Shown here: piece after piece, positions 1 through 8,453 of the stretch
Layout of the letters: each line of letters begins with the position of its first letter
How positions within the stretch are numbered: position 1 is the first letter of the stretch
From: an uncultured Alphaproteobacteria bacterium
Lineage (GTDB): Bacteria; Pseudomonadota; Alphaproteobacteria; Rhizobiales; Xanthobacteraceae
DNA length: 64,000 bases
Assembly: GCA_963699665.1 (NCBI GenBank)
Contig: CAVOUR010000014.1
Location: 271,877 to 335,876 of the forward strand
Direction of reading: 5' to 3'
Notes under the pieces: model-generated
Database searches by the model: none
Told to the model about the DNA's origin: nothing
What the model saw: only the letters and a program-made list of their open reading frames with translations
Translations under genes and position numbers: made by a program

Positions 1-1
1 G

Positions 2-538
2 GTGCAGTCCGCCAGCGAGCTTGGCCTGAAGCCAAAGATGTTCGGCGGCGCCATGGTCGGCCTGCAGGCAACGGCCATCAAGGACAGGCTCAAGTCCAAG
101 CTCAACGGCGTCGTCAACTACGACAACTGGGTGCCGTCGGCGAAAATGATGGCGCCGGCTGCGGATTTCTTCAAGAAGTATCAGGCGCGCGCGGCTGGCC
201 AAGGCGTCGATCCGCTCGGCTACTATCTCGGCGGCTGGGGCTACGGCTACATGCAGGTCCTGGCACAGGCGGTCGAAGGCACCAAGAGCCTCAACGACGA
301 CAAGCTCGCCGACTACCTGCGCAATAACGCCGTCAACAGCATCATGGCCGATGGGGTGCGGTTCGGCAAAAACGGCGAATGGGTCAAAGCGCGTCAGTTG
401 CAGGTGCAGTATCACGACATCACCGACGCCGCGAACCTCGAGACTTGGCGCGGCATGAGCTATCAGACGGTGCTGACGCCGCCGGAGGAAAAAACTGGCG
501 ATGTTATCTACCCGTTCGCCAATGCGGTGAAGGCGTAG
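2..538 (+). CDS. ABC transporter substrate-binding protein, branched-chain amino acid (LivK-like) family; C-terminal part, 5' end outside the window
   Basis: The translation (…VDPLGYYLGGWGYGYMQVLAQAVEG…GKNGEW…) resembles type I periplasmic binding proteins. The ORF runs off the left edge. Confidence 0.7.
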   Translation: MQSASELGLKPKMFGGAMVGLQATAIKDRLKSKLNGVVNYDNWVPSAKMMAPAADFFKKYQARAAGQGVDPLGYYLGGWGYGYMQVLAQAVEGTKSLNDDKLADYLRNNAVNSIMADGVRFGKNGEWVKARQLQVQYHDITDAANLETWRGMSYQTVLTPPEEKTGDVIYPFANAVKA

Positions 539-543
539 GCACT

Positions 544-610
544 TATCCGCCCCCGCGGAGCGAAGCGTAGCGGGCGAGGGGGACCGCCTCGAAGAGGCGG
601 TGGAGGGGGC
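544..610. repeat. GC-rich REP-like palindromic element (family ATCCGCCCCCGCG…GAGGGGGACC-hairpin-GGTGGAGGGGGC)
   Basis: It contains the internal hairpin ccgcctc-gaa-gaggcgg. A second copy of the same architecture lies at 16436..16490, and a related CCCTCCCC/GGGGGAGG hairpin at 670..694. Confidence 0.6.
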
Positions 611-711
611 GCGCGGCATAGAGGCCAACCTCGCCGCCGTCGCCCCCACTACCGCGCTTATGCGTGGTGCCCCTCCCCAGCGTTCGCGGGGGAGGATAAA
701 AAAGGCCTGTC

Positions 712-1737
712 ATGCTGTTTCCCACCTCCCTCGTCGGTTCCTATCCGCAACCGGAATGGCTGATCGACCGCTTGCGGCTGTCGAAGCAGGTGCCGCGGGT
801 GCGCGCCGACGATCTGTGGCTGGTGGCGCCCGACAAGCTTGATGCGGCGCAGGACGACGCCACCATCCTCGCCATCCGCGACCAGGAGCGCGCCGGCCTC
901 GACATCATCACCGACGGCGAGCAGCGGCGCGAAAGCTATTCCAACCGCTTCGCCACCGCGCTCGACGGCATCGACGTCGACAATCCCGGCACCACCATCA
1001 ACCGCAGCGGGCGGCCGATCCCGGTGCCGCGCGTGGTCGGCCCGATCCGGCGCAAGGGGCCGGTCGAGCTTCGCGATCTGGCGGTGTTGCGCGCCAATAC
1101 GGCGCGCCAGATCAAGGCGACGGTGCCGGGCCCGTTCACCATGGGCAAGCAGGCGCAGGACGATTACTACAACGACGAAGAGGCGGTGGCGCTGGCTTAC
1201 GCCGATGCGCTCAATGCCGAGATCAAGGATCTGTTCGCCGCCGGCGCCGACGTGGTGCAGGTCGACGAGCCGTGGATGCAGCAGCATTCAGACCAGGCGC
1301 GCCAGTACGGGCTCAAGGCCCTCGAGCGCGCCCTGGCCGGCGTCACCGGCACGGTCGCCGTGCATCTGTGCTTCGGCTATGCCGCCGTCGTGCACGACAA
1401 GCCGACCGGCTATTCGTTCCTGCCGGAGCTCGAAGGCTGCGGCGCCCAGCAGGTCTCGATCGAAGCCGCGCAGCCCAAGCTCGATCTCGCGGTATTGCGC
1501 GAACTGCCGTCGAAAACCATTATCCTGGGTGTCATCGATCTGGCCGATATGACGGTCGAGACGCCGCAGATCGTCGCCGGGCGCATCCGGCGGGCACTGG
1601 CCCATGTGCCGGCAAATCGGGTGGTGGTGGCGCCGGACTGCGGCATGAAATACCTGCCGCGCGCGATTGCATTTGCTAAGATGAAAGCGATGGCCGAAGG
1701 CGCAAGCCTGGTGCGGCGGGAATTGAATGGCGGATGA
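712..1737 (+). CDS. cobalamin-independent methionine synthase-like protein (MetE C-terminal domain / Meth_synt_2 family)
   Basis: 341 aa. The N-terminus MLFPTSLVGSYPQPEWL and overall length are typical of stand-alone MetE-catalytic-domain homologues. Confidence 0.8.
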   Translation: MLFPTSLVGSYPQPEWLIDRLRLSKQVPRVRADDLWLVAPDKLDAAQDDATILAIRDQERAGLDIITDGEQRRESYSNRFATALDGIDVDNPGTTINRSGRPIPVPRVVGPIRRKGPVELRDLAVLRANTARQIKATVPGPFTMGKQAQDDYYNDEEAVALAYADALNAEIKDLFAAGADVVQVDEPWMQQHSDQARQYGLKALERALAGVTGTVAVHLCFGYAAVVHDKPTGYSFLPELEGCGAQQVSIEAAQPKLDLAVLRELPSKTIILGVIDLADMTVETPQIVAGRIRRALAHVPANRVVVAPDCGMKYLPRAIAFAKMKAMAEGASLVRRELNGG

Positions 1738-1771
1738 CGTTCGCGGAACCGGATTCCAGGGAGAGACCCCA

Positions 1772-2654
1772 ATGGCCTATGCGACCGAAAAGACCTTGAC
1801 CGACGTCGTGAGCGAGCGCTGGCGCGATATCGACGATCCACGGCTGCGCCAGGTGATGACGGCGCTGGTGCAGCACGTTCACGCCTTCGTGCGCGAGATC
1901 GAGCCGACCCAGGCGGAATGGTTCACCGCCATCGACTTCCTCACCCGCACCGGCAAGCTGTGCGACGACAAGCGCCAGGAGTTCATCCTGCTGTCGGACG
2001 TGCTCGGCGTCAGCATGCTGGTCGATGCCATCAATCACCGCCGCGCGAGCACGGCGACGCCGAGCACGGTCGAAGGGCCGTTCCACATTCCCGACGCGCC
2101 CGCCATGGCCAACGGCGCCAATATGGCGGCCAATGCGCCGGGCATCACCTGCTTCGTGCGCGGCAAGGTCACCGGATTGTCCGGCGAGCCGGTCGCCGGC
2201 GCCGCGCTCGACCTCTGGCAGACCGACGGCGAGGGACTCTACGAGTTCGCAGCGGCCGGAAATCGAAGGCGCCTGGATGCGCGGACTGTATCGCACCCAG
2301 GCTGACGGCTCCTATCTGATCCGCACCGTGGCGCCGGTCTCCTACACGATCCCCATGGACGGCACCATCGGCGAACTGATGAACCGCACCAATATGAGCC
2401 ACATGCGGCCGGCGCATATTCATTTCGCCATCAACGCGCCGGGCCATCACGGCCTGGTCACGCATCTGTTCCAGGCCGGCGACGAATGGATCGACGACGA
2501 CGCGGTCTACGGCGTGAAGGAGCCGCTGATCGTCGCGTTCGAGAAAATGCCGGCCGGCACCAAGGCGCCGAGCGGCGAGCTCATGAACGAGCCGTTCTAC
2601 GTGGTGCACTACGACTTCGTGCTGGAGCGAGAGGCGCAAGCCGCGGCGGCGTGA
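1772..2654 (+). pseudogene. intradiol ring-cleavage dioxygenase (hydroxyquinol/catechol 1,2-dioxygenase family), interrupted by a 1-nt frameshift near 2249
   Basis: The N-terminal half (…LDLWQTDGEGLYEF) is in the frame of ORF 1727..2305. The C-terminal half (QRPEIEGAWMRGLYRTQADGSY…RPAHIHF…) is in the frame of ORF 2025..2654. The ATG at 1772 is preceded by GGAGAG. Confidence 0.8.
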
Positions 2655-2694
2655 TTGTTGCGAGGCAACAGCGCAGGCGGATTGCCGCGGATGC

Positions 2695-3480
2695 TTGGTC
2701 CTGGGGCGTGAACCGATAAATGCGCCGGGCGGACCATCCATGCGAGTCCGCTTTGCCCGAAAGCGACCGTTAGCGATCGCCGGGCACGTGGCGTGTTCGG
2801 CCAGCAACCGACATCGACCTTTCTCGGCGCCGGTCATTGATGTAGTTTCCGGATCAGAGCTGCCTTCGAGACGTGCCGAAGTCAACTGGACGCTCTATGG
2901 CACCGGCGACCTCAACGGTGACGGCAAGGGCGACCTGTTGTGGCGCGACAGCGGTACCGGCACCGTGGCGGCCTGGTTCATGAACGGCGCGACCGTCGCC
3001 GCGACGGCGGTCTTCGGCGCGCTGCCCAGCACCTGGGCCATCGTCGGCGATACCAACGGCGAGATACTATGGCGCGACAGCGCCGGCGACATCGCGCTGT
3101 GGGGCGTGCAGAACAGCCAGGTGACGAGCTCCAGCGGGCTCGGCACCGTCACCAGCAATTTCGTGGTCCAAGGTGTCGGCGACTTCAATGGTGACGGCAA
3201 GATCGACATCCTGTGGCGCGACACCAATTCCGGCACGTTGTCGATCTGGTTCACCAACGGCACGCAGGTGACGTCCGGCGCGGCGGTCGGCGCGCTGCCG
3301 AGCACCTGGAACGTGGCGCAAGTCGGCGACTACAACGGCGACGGCAAGAGCGACATTTTGTTGCTCGATGCCGCCGGCGACCTGGCGGTGTGGCTGATGA
3401 ACGGTGCGGCGGTGTCGTCGTCCCTTGGCATCGGCAATGTCGGAACGACGTGGCAGGTCCAGAACGTCAATACCAATTAA
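2695..3480 (+). CDS. FG-GAP/VCBS-repeat protein; truncated paralogue of the C-terminus of 3831..5690, possibly a gene fragment
   Basis: From about 2884 the protein (NWTLYGTGDLNGDGKGDLLWRD…VQNVNTN) aligns nearly residue for residue with the last ~200 aa of the 619-aa protein. There is no signal peptide, and the N-terminal 60 aa look non-coding. Confidence 0.5.
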   Translation: MVLGREPINAPGGPSMRVRFARKRPLAIAGHVACSASNRHRPFSAPVIDVVSGSELPSRRAEVNWTLYGTGDLNGDGKGDLLWRDSGTGTVAAWFMNGATVAATAVFGALPSTWAIVGDTNGEILWRDSAGDIALWGVQNSQVTSSSGLGTVTSNFVVQGVGDFNGDGKIDILWRDTNSGTLSIWFTNGTQVTSGAAVGALPSTWNVAQVGDYNGDGKSDILLLDAAGDLAVWLMNGAAVSSSLGIGNVGTTWQVQNVNTN

Positions 3481-3830
3481 GCAATTCTGCGGAGCCAACA
3501 GACCCCTCGTCGTCCATTGCATCACGCTTCGTGCAACGTCCGAATCGGGCCCAATTTCTGCCGTGCCCTCTCACGGAACGCGGGGCTGCTTTACCCCAGA
3601 AAGCTGCCGCACCAGCGGTTCGCCGTCGAGGCAGTTACGGGCCAAGAACGGCCCATTGCTCTGCAAAATAAAGTCGGAATGCCTCCTTGCGAGCACGTCG
3701 GCAACCTGTAAAGTTTCATCGGGGAACTGCCAGCAGGACATTGCCCTCCCCCAATGAAGGCAGCATTGGTGCCGGCCGTTGGTAAGGCAAGCGTAATTTG
3801 GGCGCGCTGAGTGCCCCCGAGGAGGCTCGA

Positions 3831-5690
3831 ATGAAGGCCCCCTATCAACGCTTGCTGCTGGCGGCGATCGTCCTGTTGGGGGCGACTGCGGGAGTGGCCA
3901 CCTCCGGTCTGGCGCAGACCATCACCGAATTCCCCCTCCCTTCGGGCAGCGACCCTAATCGCATCACGGCGGGGCCGGACGGCGCGCTGTGGTTCACCGA
4001 ATTTCAAAACAACAAGATCGGGCGGATAACGACCGCTGGCGTCGTCACCGAATTCCCGGTCCCTACGTCCGCCAGCTTGCCTGAAGGCATCGCGGCGGGG
4101 ACGGATGGAGCGCTGTGGTTCACCGAACAAGGTGTCGGCAAAATCGGCCGCATCACGACCGCGGGCGTCATCACCGAATTCCCGATCCCTAAGCCAGGCG
4201 GCGGCGGCCCTTACGGCATCACGTCGGGGCCGGACGGCGCGCTGTGGTTCACCGATTATGATCTTAGTGCCAGTGCCGGCAGAATCGGTCGGATTACGAC
4301 CGCGGGCGCCATCACCGGATTCTCGATCCCTGCGTCCGGCGCTGTATCTATCGACATCGTAACGGGGCCGGACGGCGCACTGTGGTTCACCGAACTTGGC
4401 GACAACAAGATCGGGCGGATAACGACCGCGGGCGCCGTCACCCAATTCCCGCTCCCCACGAACAACAGCGACCCCTGGGGCATCGCGGCGGGGTCGGACG
4501 GTGCGCTGTGGTTCACCGAACAACAGACCAGCAAGATCGGACGGATAACGACCGCGGGCGCCATCACCGAATTCACCACCTCTGCGTCCGCCAGCGTTCC
4601 TACGGACATCGCGGCGGGGTCGGACGGTGCGCTGTGGTTCACCGAACAAAACACGCTGTTCAACGATTTCGTCGCTCGGATCACGACCGCGGGCGTCCTC
4701 ACCGAATTTGCTTTCAGTACGCCGAGCCCTCAAACCAAAGGCATCACGGCGGGGCCGGACGGTGCGCTGTGGTTCACCGAACAATCGGACCATCAGATCG
4801 GGCGGATCACGACGCCCGTCGCGCCCCACGACTTCAACGGCGACAGCAAGAGCGACATTGCGTTGCGTGACACCAGCGGCAATGCGGCGGTGTGGCTGAT
4901 GAACGGCGGCGCAGTTTTGCAGTCGGCAGGTCTCGGTGCCGTGCCGTCAAGCTTTTCGATCATCAGCCAGCACGACTTTGACGGCGACGGCAAAGCCGAC
5001 GTTCTATGGCGCGACGGCAGCGGCAACATCTCGATGTGGTTCATGAAGGGCGCGGCGGTGTCCTCGGCCACCGCGGTCAGCAATTTGTCCAGCAACTGGG
5101 TGCTCTATGGCACCGACGATCTCAACGGCGACGGCAAGGGCGACCTGCTGTGGCGCGACGGCAATACCGGCACCGTGGCGGTCTGGTTTATGAATGGCGC
5201 GACCGTCGCCTCGTCGAAGAGCTTCGGTGCGGTCAGCAACACCTGGACGATCCTCGGTGATGGCTACGGCAGCATTCTATGGCGCGACACCGCCGGCGAC
5301 GTCGCGCTCTGGGCGGTGCAGAACGGCCAGGTGACGGGTTCCCACGGCCTCGGCACTGTGACGAGCAACTTCGTCGTTCAAGGCGTCGGCGACTTCAACG
5401 GCGACGGCAATGCCGACATCCTGTGGCGCGACACCAACAGCGGCACGCTGTCGATCTGGTACACCAACGGTTCGCAGGTTACGTTATCAGCAAATGTCGG
5501 CACGCTGCCGAGCAATTGGAGCGTGGCGCAGATCGGCGACTACAACGGCGACGGCAAGAGCGACATTCTATTGCTCGACAGTGCCGGCGACCTTGCGGTA
5601 TGGCTGATGAACGGCGCGATGGTGTCGTCGTCGCTGCCCATCAGCAATGTCGGGACGACTTGGCGGGTGCAAAACACCAACGCTAATTAG
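3831..5690 (+). CDS. secreted fusion protein: seven Vgb-like (virginiamycin B lyase / COG4257) beta-propeller repeats followed by six FG-GAP/VCBS repeats
   Basis: RBS GAGGAGG at 3819..3825. The signal peptide is MKAPYQRLLLAAIVLLGATAGVATSGLAQ. There are seven repeats of …GPDGALWFTE…KIGRITTAG.ITEF… and then repeats of DxNGDGKxDxLWRD…WxMNG. Confidence 0.85.
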   Translation: MKAPYQRLLLAAIVLLGATAGVATSGLAQTITEFPLPSGSDPNRITAGPDGALWFTEFQNNKIGRITTAGVVTEFPVPTSASLPEGIAAGTDGALWFTEQGVGKIGRITTAGVITEFPIPKPGGGGPYGITSGPDGALWFTDYDLSASAGRIGRITTAGAITGFSIPASGAVSIDIVTGPDGALWFTELGDNKIGRITTAGAVTQFPLPTNNSDPWGIAAGSDGALWFTEQQTSKIGRITTAGAITEFTTSASASVPTDIAAGSDGALWFTEQNTLFNDFVARITTAGVLTEFAFSTPSPQTKGITAGPDGALWFTEQSDHQIGRITTPVAPHDFNGDSKSDIALRDTSGNAAVWLMNGGAVLQSAGLGAVPSSFSIISQHDFDGDGKADVLWRDGSGNISMWFMKGAAVSSATAVSNLSSNWVLYGTDDLNGDGKGDLLWRDGNTGTVAVWFMNGATVASSKSFGAVSNTWTILGDGYGSILWRDTAGDVALWAVQNGQVTGSHGLGTVTSNFVVQGVGDFNGDGNADILWRDTNSGTLSIWYTNGSQVTLSANVGTLPSNWSVAQIGDYNGDGKSDILLLDSAGDLAVWLMNGAMVSSSLPISNVGTTWRVQNTNAN

Positions 5691-5801
5691 GCAGAAGAAC
5701 AAGTCCTCGCGCGGCTCCGGCTCGCGCCGGGATAACGAGCTCGATTAGACCCTCACACGAGGCGATCCACGTTGTCGCGACTGACTGCGATGCACACTCC
5801 C

Positions 5802-5824
5802 ACTTCCGAGTTGGGTCATTCGCG
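5802..5824. repeat. 23-bp direct repeat, copy 1 (ACTTCCGAGTTGGGTCAYTCGCG)
   Basis: 22/23 identical to 6962..6984. Together the two copies bracket a lower-GC stretch. Confidence 0.7.
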
Positions 5825-6176
5825 TCATATCGAGCGCCCATCAGGCACTTCCGTAGTTCACCCAATGGCAGACATATCGCTGCGCGGCGCTAAGTGACGC
5901 GCAGGGCCCAAAACCGAACTCATGCACTGCAGCAATCCGTGATCACCGCTCACCGCCGATGCCGCGGCGAGACCTCCGAGAGCGCCGCGAGAAAGCCGGC
6001 ACTGTCATGAGCCGGCCCCGCGTCCCATCAATAGCGCCGCCAAGATCGCCGACGTTCTTTGGAGTTACAGGCAGCAGTAAACAGAAGGGACGAAGCGAGC
6101 CCGCCCGCGAGGTGGGCGAGCTCGTCTGTGCTTCACATTCGCATTACGCGCGGCGCAGGTCGCACCGACGCCTTGA

Positions 6177-6434
6177 TCATTTGGTCGCGCCTTCCGGTCC
6201 GCCGACACTCCGGCTGTGAAGCCGATGCTGCTGCCCGTCGGGCGCGACGTTATACAGCGGCCTCGCGGCAGACTGCTGTTGGTCATTGGGTGTCATGACT
6301 TGATGCGCCTTGCCGTCCGGTCCGTAAGCGAAGGGCGTAGTATTCCCGGTTCCATATCCAGAACTGAGACCTTGAGCCAAAGCTGGCGTCGCGATGACGG
6401 TCAGCAAGCCAACGATTGTTAGAAACTTTCTCAC
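6177..6434 (-). CDS. small secreted hypothetical protein (85 aa)
   Basis: GTG start with AGGAAG 8 nt upstream. The N-terminal signal peptide is MRKFLTIVGLLTVIATPALAQ. An AT-rich putative promoter region lies at 6435..6560. Confidence 0.5.
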   Translation of the reverse strand: MRKFLTIVGLLTVIATPALAQGLSSGYGTGNTTPFAYGPDGKAHQVMTPNDQQQSAARPLYNVAPDGQQHRLHSRSVGGPEGATK

Positions 6435-6961
6435 TTCGATTCTTCCTTTTATTTGTTCGTCTTTTTGGTAATTGCCCCTTGAACACTAAGTGGGTCTCAG
6501 CCTCCTTTGTGCAATTAAAATTCGATCCATAAATCCTAATCTTTTTGCAATGTTATAAACGCCGCCTATTAGCAAGTGAGCTTTACGTAAAGGCCGCGTC
6601 AACGGGGGCCGACGGCAGATGTGCTGCGATCACCTGTGTCGATGCCGATCCGCTTGATGCCCACGTTGTTCTGGTTTGGCGATACCGGCGGCTCGGCGTG
6701 CTGATAGGCCATGACTGCGCGCTGAAAATCCATTGCGTTGGAGATTCGCCATCGTCGCCCTATCGGCAGCAGCAAGTCCGCCGCGCATCATGGCGCGTTA
6801 CCGTTCGTTCATGCGAAGACGTGGGCGCTCGGAAGACGGCGACGTGGCGGCCTAGTCTAGCTGATGAATGGCTCAACGATTAGCCGGTTACGGCAGCGTT
6901 AGACCACGCGGCGGGTGCAACTGCGGAACCCGAGTGATGAGCACGCCGCGACGCGCACGCT

Positions 6962-6984
6962 ACTTCCGAGTTGGGTCACTCGCG
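6962..6984. repeat. 23-bp direct repeat, copy 2
   Basis: See 5802..5824. Confidence 0.7.
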
Positions 6985-7094
6985 ACAGGGGCGAGGCGGT
7001 AGCGGGTCGGCATGTCCGCTATGCTCGATAGCGGACATGAAACCAGCGATGGCGTCTGGCGCGATCGCCCTTGGCGGGTCGACGGCCGCGCGCC

Positions 7095-8153
7095 CTAGCT
7101 GGCGGCGAGCAGCGGTGCCGGGGATTGGTGCCGGTGCTTTACCAAGCGGGCCAATTCGCCGGCCAGTTCGGCCCATTTGCGGCGCGCGTGTTCGCCCAAT
7201 TCCTCGACGCGGAGACGGGCGCTCGCGGGCTTGAGATCGATGCTGTCGGCCGCCTGCAGGCGTTTGCCGCGGCGCGCTTCCGCCTGAAGCTCGGCGATCC
7301 GCCGGTTGAGAGCTTCGATCTTGTGCGCGGCGCCTCGGAAGGCGTTATCGCGGTGCTGGAAGGCCTTGATCAGCGTGTTGGTGGCTTCGATAAGCTCGAG
7401 CCGCGATCGCTCGAGCTCGTCGATGCGGCACTGCTCGTGGCAAAGCGCATCGCCAAGCTGGTTGATCTTGCGTTCGGCCGCGCCGCGGGCGGCGGTCGCT
7501 TCGGCGAGCCTGGCCTCGGTGGCGGTGCGCTCGGCGACGTGCAGCAGCAGGCACTCCCGCGCCTCGCCGAGCAGCGTCTCGGCGGTGGTGGCGCGGCTGG
7601 ACATCGTCTCGAGTTGGGCGCCCAGCGCGCCGGTTTCGGTGCGGCGCCGTTCGCAGGTGTCGATCAGGTCGTCGGTCAGCCGCCGGCATTCGCTCTCCGC
7701 CGCGGCCAGCGCCGACTGCAGGAATTCCTGCTTGGCGAGCACCTGTTCGAGGGCGGCGTCGCGCTCCGCCAGCCGCTGCGACAAGCGGGCGTTTTCGCCG
7801 ACGCTCAGATCGAGCGACGCCTGCAGCGAATGATTCTCATTGTCCTTCAGGGCGAGCCCGTCATCCTTTTGCGCAAGCCAGTCGCGCGCGGCATCGAGCT
7901 CACGCTCCAGCTCGGCGACCCGCCTTTCCGCGGTCTCGGACTGCGCCGCCAGCAACTGCATCTGCTCGCCCAGCGCCCGCGTCGAGGCCGCCTCGTTCGC
8001 CATGCGCCGCTCCAGCCCGGCGATCTTGGCGCGCGCCAGCTCGAGCTCGCTCGCCAACTCGACTTCCCGGGTCTCCGCCGCCTCGTCGGTTTCCATTTCG
8101 ATTGCCTGCAGCGACGTCAAGCGTCGCCGTCGGGCCTGATCTGCGACAGCCAT
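7095..8153 (-). CDS. coiled-coil protein of unknown function (352 aa)
   Basis: E/A/L/R-rich sequence (…ELASELELARAKIAGLERR…AELERELDAARD…). The internal ATG at 8153 is preceded by GAGGG. The start is uncertain, since the ORF extends to 8285. Confidence 0.55.
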   Translation of the reverse strand: MAVADQARRRRLTSLQAIEMETDEAAETREVELASELELARAKIAGLERRMANEAASTRALGEQMQLLAAQSETAERRVAELERELDAARDWLAQKDDGLALKDNENHSLQASLDLSVGENARLSQRLAERDAALEQVLAKQEFLQSALAAAESECRRLTDDLIDTCERRRTETGALGAQLETMSSRATTAETLLGEARECLLLHVAERTATEARLAEATAARGAAERKINQLGDALCHEQCRIDELERSRLELIEATNTLIKAFQHRDNAFRGAAHKIEALNRRIAELQAEARRGKRLQAADSIDLKPASARLRVEELGEHARRKWAELAGELARLVKHRHQSPAPLLAAS

Positions 8154-8453
8154 CGCCCTCGTTCCCAATGTGGTGTGCGTGCCCGCGAGACGGTCGGCTT
8201 GATGCTGCCAGCCCGTCAGTGCCTTGCCGGTGGGTGCCATGTGGCGCGTCAACTGCCGTTCGATGTCGGCAACGTGACAAAGCAATGGTTAATGCATGGT
8301 TACCGGGGCTTTAACTGCTTGGAAACCCGAGCGATCGACGCCGATGGCCGCGCTTGCCGATAAGGAGTTTTACCGATGGCGCTGATTCGCCGGCCCCTCC
8401 GATCGGCGATCCCGGCGATATGTATCGCGGGTTTCTGCTGTCCGTGTCCGCCG

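Noticed and set aside
1666-1680. Third copy of the candidate MarR operator (ATTGCATTTGCTAAG) upstream of the dioxygenase
   Set aside because: It is shorter and lacks 2 nt of the spacer. It lies inside the coding sequence of the MetE-like gene. An octamer match of this kind is within chance expectation for the window, so it is mentioned only as a lead.
3591-4829. 412-aa minus-strand ORF with a striking internal repeat (…FGEPQRTVRPRRD…)
   Set aside because: It is the antisense image of the seven Vgb-like repeats of the + strand gene. It has an Arg/Gly/Pro-rich composition, no RBS and no recognisable family. The + strand protein has a signal peptide and clear family motifs.
7071-8363. 430-aa + strand ORF overlapping the coiled-coil gene
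   Set aside because: The sequence is Gly/Arg/Leu/Ala-rich and low-complexity, typical of an antisense frame in high-GC DNA. The minus-strand product has a coherent coiled-coil composition and an RBS-preceded ATG. Strand choice is still only moderately certain.
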